Source: Eubacteriales bacterium (lineage in GTDB: Bacteria > Bacillota > Clostridia > Oscillospirales > CAG-272). From it: DNA of 64,000 nucleotides. The stretch spans positions 4,776 to 68,775 of the forward strand of contig JBGVRO010000062.1 in the NCBI GenBank assembly GCA_045128515.1. The letters run 5' to 3'. The position numbers and the translations under genes were made by a program. Numbering within the stretch: the first letter of the stretch is position 1; each line of letters opens with the position of its first letter. The notes beneath the pieces were generated by a model. That model was not told the DNA's origin, ran no database searches, and worked only from the letters and a program-made list of their open reading frames with translations. Shown piece after piece: positions 16,316-24,866 of this stretch.

Positions 16316-16903
16316 TTATCGCTCAATGCTGCTTCGGACAAAGTTTGATATGGTAGCATAAACGAATTCAATCTCTTCCGTGTCATTTAACGCGGATAGA
16401 TAAAAATCTGCATTTTTAATTTGTGGAGTGTTCTGAACTCTTAATAGCATTTCTTCTTCGGTTTTATGGCTCTCAAACTGCGTTACGCCAGTAACAACCG
16501 GATACTGATTGGTTATGCTTAACGCTACATGCCTCGATCCATCGTTAATTCTTTCGTTGTACCTTTTGGCTGCAATTTGAGGAGAAACACTTAATTGAAT
16601 ACAAATTATGTTAATTATATGCTTCGGTACTTCTTGAATGATGATATCTGTGTCCACATACCATTTATCAACTATTAAATCTGTTCCGGATTTTGCACTG
16701 CAAACTATTTCCCGATATACTTGATCTTCCGCGAGTTTATCCAGCTCGCGTTTTTCTTCGCTTGAACTAAACCTATGCTTTTCGTAATAGTCAAGTTTGA
16801 ATTCATCTTTAGATATGCATTTGATTCCTAGTTCTTGGGCAAGTTTTTGCGAAACTGTTGTTTTTCCTGAACCAGGTATTCCTGAAATCAATATTAAATT
16901 CAT
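16316..16903 (-). CDS. P-loop NTPase/kinase (AAA_33 / nucleotide-kinase-like)
   Basis: MNLILISGIPGSGKTTVSQKLA Walker A at the extreme N-terminus, about 195 aa. Start set at 16903, 4 nt after the ABC ATPase stop. Confidence 0.6.
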   Translation of the reverse strand: MNLILISGIPGSGKTTVSQKLAQELGIKCISKDEFKLDYYEKHRFSSSEEKRELDKLAEDQVYREIVCSAKSGTDLIVDKWYVDTDIIIQEVPKHIINIICIQLSVSPQIAAKRYNERINDGSRHVALSITNQYPVVTGVTQFESHKTEEEMLLRVQNTPQIKNADFYLSALNDTEEIEFVYATISNFVRSSIER

Positions 16904-16907
16904 ATTT

Positions 16908-17687
16908 TCACACCAATGACAAAATGCAAATGTTGCAATCGTTCGTTGCTTTGAGAACGACATTGTCTCCATACAGCGTACGTAAGTTCTCTTGTGTAAT
17001 ACAAGAAGACGCTATTCCAGAGGCAATTGCTTGTCCGTCTTTGATCATACATACATTGGCATCAAGAACAAGTGCATGATTGGGATTGTGAGAAGAAAAA
17101 AGTATCGTTTTCTTCTGCCTTTGTAGCTCTTTTATTAGCTTCAATATCTTAACTTGATTACCCAAATCAAGAGCTGACATCGGTTCGTCCATTAGTATGA
17201 TAGGCGTTTCTTGAACCAATGCACGTGTGATTAAAACTAACTGCAACTCTCCACCGCTTAGGTGTTGTATATTCTTAGATAACAAGTGTGAAATTCCAAC
17301 CATCGAAGAATATTTTTCAGATATTAAGTACTCTTTTTTGCCTGGGATTGAAAAAGAATTTAAGTATGGAGTTCTTCCTTCAACCAAATAATCTCTAACA
17401 ATACAATCTAAATTATTTACTGCGTTAATTTGAGGAACGAAACTCATAATCCTAGATAGTTCCTTCAAATTCATATTTTCGAGAGGAACAGAGTCGATCA
17501 TAATAGTTTTATGATCAATTTTCAATTGCTTCATTAAACATGCAAACAACGTTGATTTTCCAGCACCATTTGCTCCCAACAGTACAGTTATCGTATTTTC
17601 CTCTGTTGAAAAAGAGCAATCCTGTAGTACAGGCTTGTCACCATAACTGAAGTTTAACTTGTTAACCTCAATAACTATTTTTTCCAT
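16908..17687 (-). CDS. ABC transporter ATP-binding protein (FepC/BtuD type)
   Basis: Walker A GANGAGKST, signature LSGGELQ and Walker B ILMDEP. Start at 17687 (RBS AAGGAGAG), overlapping the permease 3' end. Confidence 0.85.
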   Translation of the reverse strand: MEKIVIEVNKLNFSYGDKPVLQDCSFSTEENTITVLLGANGAGKSTLFACLMKQLKIDHKTIMIDSVPLENMNLKELSRIMSFVPQINAVNNLDCIVRDYLVEGRTPYLNSFSIPGKKEYLISEKYSSMVGISHLLSKNIQHLSGGELQLVLITRALVQETPIILMDEPMSALDLGNQVKILKLIKELQRQKKTILFSSHNPNHALVLDANVCMIKDGQAIASGIASSCITQENLRTLYGDNVVLKATNDCNICILSLV

Positions 17688-18726
17688 CTTGCACTCTCCT
17701 TGCAACGAGAACAATGACAAACAAACAAGCACCTAGAGCACCAGATAAAATACCAACGGGTATTTCTGACTTAGTTAGTGTTCTTGACAAAAGATCGCAT
17801 GTTGCAGTAAAAACCATACCATATACTATTGTGAGTGGCATTAATCGTTTACTATCGTTGCTGACAAAAATACGCATTAAATTGGGAATAGCCAAACCAA
17901 TCCAGCCAATCGTTCCACTTATGCAAACTGAAAGTGCAGTGATAATCGTTGATACTACAATTACACCATAGCGCAAAGCAGTTGCATTGATTCCGTGCAT
18001 TTTCGCATCCAAATCGCCATTTCTAAGCATCAAGATTTTCCAGCGCAACAAATACAACAGAATTAAACCTGCTGAAATAATAGGAACGACAAGCGTCAAT
18101 TGTTTATATGTTACATTGTTAAATCCACCCAACAGCCAAAATGTTATCGTTGCAAGTTGAGTATCGCTTGAAACATATTTAAATAGTCCAAGTAAAGAAT
18201 TCATTAATCCCGCAATAACAATTCCGCTCAGTATTAACGCTATTGATTTGTTCGTTCGTCCAAATAAATTTGATACAACAATGGTTAATGTAACGGCTAT
18301 TATGCCGCCTAAAAATGACATAACTCCCACCATTGAAAATCCAAGCCCCATAATGATTGCAAAGGAAGCTCCGCATCCTGCTCCTGCTGAGACTCCCAAT
18401 AGATCAGGAGAAGCCATTCTATTCAGAAAAATGTCTTGATAAACCAATCCTGCCACCGAGAGCGCAGCACCCACAAAGAGTGCTGCAATCAATCGTGGGA
18501 CACGGCTTAATGTGATAATTCTGTATACCTGAGAGTGGCCGTCCGGATTTATAATTGCGTTCACTACATCTTTCAGAGATGTGTGATAATTTCCACAAGC
18601 AAGTGATAAGCAAACAGTTCCAAGAAGCAACGACACGCCAATTGCCATCAAAGCTAAAAACAATCTCTTTGATGCCTTGTAATGCTTCTCCTCGGCAATA
18701 ATACTTACTTTTTCAACTGATCGCAT
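17668..18726 (-). CDS. FecCD-family ABC permease (iron-chelate/cobalamin type)
   Basis: 352 aa and polytopic. Typical FecCD features: N-terminal R/K then TM, and Gly-rich ...GAGCGASFAIIMGLGF... segments. Confidence 0.8.
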   Translation of the reverse strand: MRSVEKVSIIAEEKHYKASKRLFLALMAIGVSLLLGTVCLSLACGNYHTSLKDVVNAIINPDGHSQVYRIITLSRVPRLIAALFVGAALSVAGLVYQDIFLNRMASPDLLGVSAGAGCGASFAIIMGLGFSMVGVMSFLGGIIAVTLTIVVSNLFGRTNKSIALILSGIVIAGLMNSLLGLFKYVSSDTQLATITFWLLGGFNNVTYKQLTLVVPIISAGLILLYLLRWKILMLRNGDLDAKMHGINATALRYGVIVVSTIITALSVCISGTIGWIGLAIPNLMRIFVSNDSKRLMPLTIVYGMVFTATCDLLSRTLTKSEIPVGILSGALGACLFVIVLVARRVQDGKNSY

Positions 18727-19778
18727 ATAGCTTCACCATTGGGTGCCAATCCATTCATCATTTTTTCCATGTCAGCGTCGCTGAAATCTATACCGTAATA
18801 TTCAAGGTAAAAATCATGTGCCATTTCTTTCATAGAAAAGTCGGTCTGATCAGGATACATACACGAGTATACGAAATAGATCATCATAGGATATTCTACA
18901 GAACAATCATTCCAATAACAGCTTCCAACAGGAACAATATGTACATTTTCATTTTTAACGGCACTAATATCTGCCCACTTTTCATCCGCGAACAAATCTT
19001 TTTCAAGCTGTGAACAATATGTACCACCTATGAAAATAATATCCGGATTCGTTTCAAGTATCTCTTCTTCAGTAGGTGCCGCAGTGTTATAATCGCCAAA
19101 ATCTTTGGTAGCAATAATGCCGCCACCGTACTGCAACCACGCTTGTGCCATGCCATAATTGGTTCTGAAAAGACCTCTGTATTTGTCTCCAATTATTTCA
19201 TATGCGACAGGCTTATCTGCATCAGCTACATTTTCCCACTTCTGCGCAACAGTCGCAATCGAATCGTTTAACAAAGCTATCCATTTGTCTCCACGAGTTT
19301 TAGCATCCCCACCAAATATCTTTTCGAGAAGTTGCACTGCTTCTTTTATTTCTTCGGGGGTGTAGAAGCGGATACAAAGCGCGCAAACGCCTTTTTCGCG
19401 AAGTCCAGCCGCCCACTCCTGTGTAGGAACGAAAATCAAATCCACGCCCATGGCTATCAAACTTTCAGCTTCCGGCTGATATGAACTCAAAACCGTGAGA
19501 TTGCTAGCATTTTGATAAAATTTCTCAAACCAGGGATTATCGAAAATTGTCTTATATGAAGCAACCAACTTGTCACCCTCGCCCAGCGCGATAAGCATAT
19601 TGGAACACGGATTTGACGTTGAAGCAATTTTTTCAATATTATCGGGCAAAACTATAGTATCTCCAGCCATGTCAACCACTTCTTTTTCGCCTTCATACTC
19701 GTTGTTGCAACCAGCAAACATTAATAGAGAACTTGTCAACATAAGCATTGCCGTAACTAAACAAATAATTTTCTTCAT
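18705..19778 (-). CDS. ABC substrate-binding lipoprotein (siderophore/haem/corrinoid-binding class)
   Basis: Lipobox LMFAGC. Periplasmic-binding-protein pattern ...IVLPDNIEKIASTSNPCSNMLIALG..., and operon context with the FecCD permease. Its ATG is 16 nt after the upstream stop. Confidence 0.75.
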   Translation of the reverse strand: MKKIICLVTAMLMLTSSLLMFAGCNNEYEGEKEVVDMAGDTIVLPDNIEKIASTSNPCSNMLIALGEGDKLVASYKTIFDNPWFEKFYQNASNLTVLSSYQPEAESLIAMGVDLIFVPTQEWAAGLREKGVCALCIRFYTPEEIKEAVQLLEKIFGGDAKTRGDKWIALLNDSIATVAQKWENVADADKPVAYEIIGDKYRGLFRTNYGMAQAWLQYGGGIIATKDFGDYNTAAPTEEEILETNPDIIFIGGTYCSQLEKDLFADEKWADISAVKNENVHIVPVGSCYWNDCSVEYPMMIYFVYSCMYPDQTDFSMKEMAHDFYLEYYGIDFSDADMEKMMNGLAPNGEAICDQLKK

Positions 19779-19794
19779 TTTTCTATCCCCTTAA

Positions 19795-22011
19795 TTAGTC
19801 ATTTTTGTTATTATTCCAAACGATTCTGGTATCCAAGATTTCTTTTCTGCACTCGCAGTCCTCATTATAATCTACTATAGTATCAACATCAACCCAAACT
19901 ATATCATCAAAGAAATAACCCAATTCATCTGATTTGAAAAGTTGCACGAGACTTGAATCAGAATTCAACAAACAGTTTTGTCTGATAATAAGCAAATTGC
20001 TGTTGTACTTCATGGTGAGAAACATACTATACAGATTAAATTCACTGTCTTTATAGAGCAACATTCCCGTAGCGAGCTTTGTGCAGATAGAGTTCAATCT
20101 TGAAGTATTAAAGATTGGACTCCCCTCAGATGTTACAGCATTTTTATATCCATTTTCATAACTTGCATATCGATCTTTGAGTATTTCTCTTTGACAATAT
20201 TGTGTTACCCCAGGATACCAAAATATGACTTCGGATGTTTCACCTTTTGCATGATGCTGTGCAGAAAGAAAAGGTAAATCATACTTTAATGCTAGTCTGC
20301 TAAGACGAGCCTGAGCTTCAAAACTATCGGTAAATGCGCACAAGAGGATATTGCCACTTTTATTACACTTGGAAAGGATCTCGGTTTCAAACCAAATATC
20401 ATTTTTTGAGTCATCGAGCATTTCCGGAATAGAGACAACGTTGACAGTTGAATTGATTCTCAAGATGTTCGTTCGCGTTACATCGGTCTTAGAGAGACCG
20501 ATTTCATCGTTATAAACATTTTGGCTTGCAATGTTTTGAACGGATACTTTGTCTCCATCCATCAAGAAAAAATTCTCAACACCGATTCGCGCCATATCTA
20601 GATAAAACTCTCTGGCTCCACCACATCCTACACCTATCACGGTGCACTGTTTTAGAAAATCAACGTTTAATACACTTTCAACTCTTGCAAACGGTGATTC
20701 AGATGGCTCATCTAATACTGGAGAAAAACCAGCATCAAATCGTTTCATGATTTCTTCTTCGCTAAGAGAAGATTCACCGACTTCATCTATCTGAATCACA
20801 TCAAGCTGCACACTTTTAATATTACAAGGAACAACCTTACCATTAGCTTTTACGATAAAACCGAAAACTCTGAACTTGCCGCCAGCAGAGCTATTTACAA
20901 GTGGCATAAACAACTCTTGAAGAGATACTGCACGCATAATTCTTATAGCATACTCGATGTCCGCGCTTGACAGTTCAGATCCATTAAAAGGATGACTATG
21001 TACAAAACCTTTAAAAGAAACGTCCGACCACTCCTCTTCCAAAACTTGATTTAAAAACTTCGTATTTGGTGAGTATTCTGCAGTACCAGTGTTTGCGTTC
21101 TTATCAAAAACGAAGCAATCAATGATTTTGCCATCTGTACTACCCAACATACCACCTTTTTCGGGTTTGAGCGTTCCAATAGTTTCAAGGATTTGTTGGT
21201 ATACTTCTTCCGACATTGTAATTGTAGGCTTAGAATTTGTTTTGAAATTGCTGTTTTTATTACGAAGAGCGCGAAAAGTGCCCGTAGGAAGGATTCCTTT
21301 ATTTTTAACTCTGTGATGGGCCGAACTTTCGTTAAGCTCACCATTCTGAATATAAGAAACCAAAAGTTTAACGTAACGCTTAGCCCATGTAATCATTACC
21401 GCATTTGCGTCCTGGAAATCTGTTACAAGTGAATTCCAGCAAATAGAAGGCCGGTCTGCAGGCAAATTGTAATAATGGAATGCCGAACGATCTTGGCACC
21501 ATTCTTTATAAGGCGCCTCAATTACATAAATCGTATAGCCAGTTCCAGAAAAACGAGTACCGTCATCGTAAGCCCTGCGCTGATATTCCTGTACTATGCG
21601 AAACTTGAAATAGTAAGTTTTATGATCGTTGCCTTCGAGTCTGAACTCTTTGATAAATCTAAAGGTTCCGTCAGGAAGTTTAATTCCGCCACCGTTTCGC
21701 CCACCTTTATTGCCAACTCTATTACCGCCTCCGTTTCTTAATTGACTTGCGGTATTGCTCATAATTCTACTATAATTATTGATTATACGCACTTCGTTGG
21801 GGCCAACATTAATATATGCAGAATTGCCATGATCTATTTGATTTCTTAGATCCACAAGTCGTACGATTGTGACACGGTCATCATAATCGATAATACCTGC
21901 TCTAACTGCTTTTGCTGCCCAATCCTTAGCATTTCCTCCGATGATCATTTCAGCCTTTTTATTTAACTTATCAACAGCATCGCTAAATTGCATGTTATAT
22001 GTATTAGACAT
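19795..22011 (-). CDS. multidomain polyprotein: HEPN-like N-domain, Gly-rich linker, E2/UBC-like, JAB/JAMM peptidase, E1/ThiF-like adenylase
   Basis: RBS GGAGG 7 nt before the ATG at 22011. Numbering from that Met:
- LRNQIDH (55-61), an Rx4H motif
- SQLRNGGGNRVGNKGGRNGGG (89-109)
- FHYYNLPADRPSICWNSL (178-195), resembling the E2 HPN...C loop
- EKGGMLG and HSHPFNGSELSSAD (338-351), the JAMM HxHx7Sx2D motif
- IGVGCGGA (459-466) and DGDKVSVQNIASQ (485-497), ThiF/E1 Rossmann
The JAB and E1 calls are strong; the E2 and HEPN calls are tentative. Confidence 0.7.
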   Translation of the reverse strand: MSNTYNMQFSDAVDKLNKKAEMIIGGNAKDWAAKAVRAGIIDYDDRVTIVRLVDLRNQIDHGNSAYINVGPNEVRIINNYSRIMSNTASQLRNGGGNRVGNKGGRNGGGIKLPDGTFRFIKEFRLEGNDHKTYYFKFRIVQEYQRRAYDDGTRFSGTGYTIYVIEAPYKEWCQDRSAFHYYNLPADRPSICWNSLVTDFQDANAVMITWAKRYVKLLVSYIQNGELNESSAHHRVKNKGILPTGTFRALRNKNSNFKTNSKPTITMSEEVYQQILETIGTLKPEKGGMLGSTDGKIIDCFVFDKNANTGTAEYSPNTKFLNQVLEEEWSDVSFKGFVHSHPFNGSELSSADIEYAIRIMRAVSLQELFMPLVNSSAGGKFRVFGFIVKANGKVVPCNIKSVQLDVIQIDEVGESSLSEEEIMKRFDAGFSPVLDEPSESPFARVESVLNVDFLKQCTVIGVGCGGAREFYLDMARIGVENFFLMDGDKVSVQNIASQNVYNDEIGLSKTDVTRTNILRINSTVNVVSIPEMLDDSKNDIWFETEILSKCNKSGNILLCAFTDSFEAQARLSRLALKYDLPFLSAQHHAKGETSEVIFWYPGVTQYCQREILKDRYASYENGYKNAVTSEGSPIFNTSRLNSICTKLATGMLLYKDSEFNLYSMFLTMKYNSNLLIIRQNCLLNSDSSLVQLFKSDELGYFFDDIVWVDVDTIVDYNEDCECRKEILDTRIVWNNNKND

Positions 22012-22088
22012 TTTAATCCTCCGATCCAAAAGTATTTTGTTTAATTATGCTGAGTTCACAATTTCGAACATCTAAATCTGCTAAACAA

Positions 22089-22117
22089 ATTATACCATAA
22101 AAATATAATAAAATCAA
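22089..22117 (-). promoter_or_regulatory. sigma-A-type promoter for the polyprotein gene
   Basis: On the minus strand: TTGATT (22112..22117), 17 nt, TATAAT (22089..22094), with an upstream TG (TGgTATAAT extended -10). Confidence 0.55.
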
Positions 22118-22143
22118 TTATACAGTTTGTCATTCTATGATTT

Positions 22144-22980
22144 TTATATTCCCTTCGCTTTGGAATAAGCTCTTATTGATACTTTCCCTTTGACTAATAT
22201 TCCGAGTGAAACGTCGTCACCCGTGCCAAGTTTAGTGCCAACTTGACTAACGAATGCGGAAAGCTGCTCGAATTTGCCAAGGTATAGGTTCATTATCGCG
22301 GGAGCAATAAGCCCCGAACTGAAATTGGATAAATTCTGATAAGGGTTTATCATGCCGTCGGTACATACGACAGCGCCATCGTAAGCGGACAACTCATGCA
22401 CCGATACTGAGAGGTGCGAGAAGGCATCGTCCTGGCAGAGTGAGTAGGTTATGTTCGCTACCGGTTCGTCCTCATCCTCTGTAAATGCAGGGATAACAAC
22501 ACCGCTTTTAACTAAGAAGCAACCACCGTCACCGATGGAAACGCAGATAAGCTTCGTACCGAGGATCATAGCCGCATTAAGCGTTGTTCCGTACGCTTTG
22601 ATCGGATTCTTGCGAAGTGACAAAATCTCGGCTTCGGTAAGTTCGGATACCTCTGACATACGAATCGGATTCTTCGCAAGATGCCCCTCGACAAGCGCAT
22701 TCCAACGGCAAAGGATATTGAGCCTTATGTTCTCGATAACGGCTTCTTTCTTGGCTTTGTGAAATGCCGTTCTCTCGATCTCGCGGAGAACGTCTATAAC
22801 CGCATCCGAGGCAAATTTTGAGCCTAAATGACTACGAATATATGCATTTCCGCCATGTCCGTCGCATGCGGTTACGATTGTGCGCTCCTCGTCGCTATAA
22901 CTTGCAGAGAAGTCTTGACAGCGTTTGTTAGCGGTTACGTGGGAGTAACCTATTGATGTTTTAGTAAAGAAAATGCTCAT
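22144..22980 (-). CDS. PP2C-family Ser/Thr phosphatase (TerY-P module)
   Basis: QDFSAS...TACDGHGGNAYI, ...SIGDGGCFLV... and ...VCTDGM... give PP2C metal-binding Asp motifs in canonical order. Confidence 0.8.
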   Translation of the reverse strand: MSIFFTKTSIGYSHVTANKRCQDFSASYSDEERTIVTACDGHGGNAYIRSHLGSKFASDAVIDVLREIERTAFHKAKKEAVIENIRLNILCRWNALVEGHLAKNPIRMSEVSELTEAEILSLRKNPIKAYGTTLNAAMILGTKLICVSIGDGGCFLVKSGVVIPAFTEDEDEPVANITYSLCQDDAFSHLSVSVHELSAYDGAVVCTDGMINPYQNLSNFSSGLIAPAIMNLYLGKFEQLSAFVSQVGTKLGTGDDVSLGILVKGKVSIRAYSKAKGI

Positions 22981-22981
22981 T

Positions 22982-23692
22982 TTACCACTCCCAATCTACT
23001 TCTTCAAGCGCTTGTTTAACCTCTTGTACAACCTGCTCGTTTTTCGGCACAGGCTTCGATGCGTTAACACCTGTGGTTGAGGATTTTACCTTTGAAGCAG
23101 TCAAGACGATAATCTTGATTATGTTCTTAAGAAGGCTCGCATCGTAGCAATCTATAACGTCACCGTTACCCGAAACGAACTCGTCAAGCACATTTCGTGT
23201 TCTATCGTCGTTGAGCATGATTGCGATTCCGTACTTAAGAGCCTCGCGAAACCAAGGAAGTTTCTTTAACTCATCCATCTCTTTGTGAAGCGGATACTTC
23301 GTGGGGTGACCGTCGGTCATAAGAAGTATAATGGGAGCTACTCCACCAAAGTCGGGCATTATGCCGCCCTTTGACTGCTTTGTTAGTATCTCTGAAAGCT
23401 TTCTGTAGGCGAGGTGGAGGTTGCTCCACCCACCGCCCTTGAGATCGTGAAACTTGAAGTGCTCAATTTCCTTCGACCTATCGTTATTGAGAAAGCTTGC
23501 GTCGTTTGAGAAAGGAATGACCGTGATTGCGAAGCTGACGTTCGTGTTCTCGTCCTGCATTTCAACAAGGTGATCGCGAATATCTCGAAGAGCCTTATTT
23601 ACTTGAGATATACGCTCGCCCTGCATGCTCTTGGACGTATCCACAAGGATAATGACGTTCAACTGCTGTTTTGCTATTCTGTCTGCTACCAT
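22982..23692 (-). CDS. vWA-domain protein (TerY-like), copy 1
   Basis: MIDAS motif VDTSKSMQG. The PIILLMTDGHPT block is typical of TerY-type vWA. C-terminal tail EEVDWEW. Confidence 0.8.
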   Translation of the reverse strand: MVADRIAKQQLNVIILVDTSKSMQGERISQVNKALRDIRDHLVEMQDENTNVSFAITVIPFSNDASFLNNDRSKEIEHFKFHDLKGGGWSNLHLAYRKLSEILTKQSKGGIMPDFGGVAPIILLMTDGHPTKYPLHKEMDELKKLPWFREALKYGIAIMLNDDRTRNVLDEFVSGNGDVIDCYDASLLKNIIKIIVLTASKVKSSTTGVNASKPVPKNEQVVQEVKQALEEVDWEW

Positions 23693-23704
23693 AGTGCACC
23701 TACC

Positions 23705-24439
23705 TTACCATTCTACGTCGTCTATATCTTCAAGCTTGTCCTTAATTTCCTCTTGCGCTACCGCGTTATTATTACGCACGCCCCCTTGGTTTCCACCGTT
23801 TACAGAACCTGAGGAGGACTTAACCTTAGATGCGGTTACCGCGATAACCTTGATAACCTTGCGGAGCGCCTCGGCAGTATGCACCTTCAGTACTGTCTCG
23901 GGGTTTCCGGTAAACTTTTTGAGCACGTCCATAGCCTCGTCGGTATCAATGCTTATTGCGAGAGCATATTTAAGAGCGACCTTGAACCATCCCTTTTTCT
24001 TAAGGGTGTCAAGGTGCTTTTCCCAATCGTAGCTTGTGGGAAGACCGTCTGTCATAAGAATAATGATAGGTGCTACACCACCGATGTCTGGCATCTGACC
24101 ACCGTTAGACTTCTTTGAGAGCCATACGGCAAGCTTGTCGTAAGCTGCAGAAAGATCGGTGCCGCCATCAGCATTCAGATCCTTCCACTTAAAATCGGGT
24201 ATATCCTTCGGTTCGGGAAAGATCCACTCTGCTTTGTCAGAAAATTTTAGCGCAGAAATCTTGATAACCGCATCCGAGGTGTCCTCTTGAATCTCGGGCA
24301 TAATGCTCATAACGTCACGGATCGCGTTATTTACCGCACCGATCTTCTCGCCCTCCATCGAGCCCGAGTTATCGATAACGAAAAGTACGTTCAGCTCCTG
24401 TCTGGCGATACCCTCGCCAAGCTCCATTCTATCCTTCAT
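23705..24439 (-). CDS. vWA-domain protein (TerY-like), copy 2
   Basis: MIDAS motif IDNSGSMEG, the block PIIILMTDGLPT and tail EDIDDVEW. Start set at 24439 (GGAGG RBS inside the upstream gene end). The longer track ORF would overlap the upstream gene by 150 nt. Confidence 0.8.
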   Translation of the reverse strand: MKDRMELGEGIARQELNVLFVIDNSGSMEGEKIGAVNNAIRDVMSIMPEIQEDTSDAVIKISALKFSDKAEWIFPEPKDIPDFKWKDLNADGGTDLSAAYDKLAVWLSKKSNGGQMPDIGGVAPIIILMTDGLPTSYDWEKHLDTLKKKGWFKVALKYALAISIDTDEAMDVLKKFTGNPETVLKVHTAEALRKVIKVIAVTASKVKSSSGSVNGGNQGGVRNNNAVAQEEIKDKLEDIDDVEW

Positions 24440-24440
24440 A

Positions 24441-24866
24441 TCAGTTTTCCTCCCATACGTAAGATTTAGCTTTAAGCTCCGGCACGATTCCCTCGGAGCT
24501 TGTGAGCATCTTGATAGACAACTCAACGAAGTCCTCGGGATAGAAGTCGCATGTGAATGCACTTGACAGGCACACGAATGCTCCATCAATATGGAAATTC
24601 TCGAAAATCACGTCGTCTGTATCGGTCTGCATATAAAGATTCTCAAGGCGTTCTCTCTCGTTTACCGACAACTCTTCCTTAAGGTTAAACTCGGCACTAT
24701 ATCCGAAAACCTCGTCTTCGATCGGGTAGAAGGAAAACTTAACGCCACCGATATTGCAATCGAATTCTATGCGCTCGTCATCGGTGCATTTGGGTGAGTA
24801 TCCGTTCTTTACGAGTGTGGCAAAGCTCTGCTCAGAAATCTCTTTAAGTGTAAGTATGTTGTTCAT
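24441..24866 (-). CDS. hypothetical 141-aa protein inside the TerY-P operon
   Basis: Tightly coupled: a 4-nt overlap with the kinase gene and 1 nt before the vWA gene. Acidic, with no motif recognised; vaguely YbjN-like. Confidence 0.5.
   Translation of the reverse strand: MNNILTLKEISEQSFATLVKNGYSPKCTDDERIEFDCNIGGVKFSFYPIEDEVFGYSAEFNLKEELSVNERERLENLYMQTDTDDVIFENFHIDGAFVCLSSAFTCDFYPEDFVELSIKMLTSSEGIVPELKAKSYVWEEN

Noticed and set aside
19795-22011. Classifying the E1/E2/JAB protein as type II CBASS (Cap2/Cap3) or as a Bil/Bub ubiquitin-like system
   Set aside because: I find no CD-NTase-like nucleotidyltransferase, no cyclic-nucleotide effector and no separate Ubl or E2 genes in the island. 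The domain order (E2-JAB-E1 in one chain) also differs. It is kept as an unclassified relative.
24440-24589. 50-codon N-terminal extension of the second vWA ORF (track ORF 23705..24589)
   Set aside because: It would overlap the 141-aa gene by 150 nt and is Cys/Ser/Arg-rich and non-protein-like. The ATG at 24439 has a GGAGG RBS and begins just before the vWA MIDAS region.
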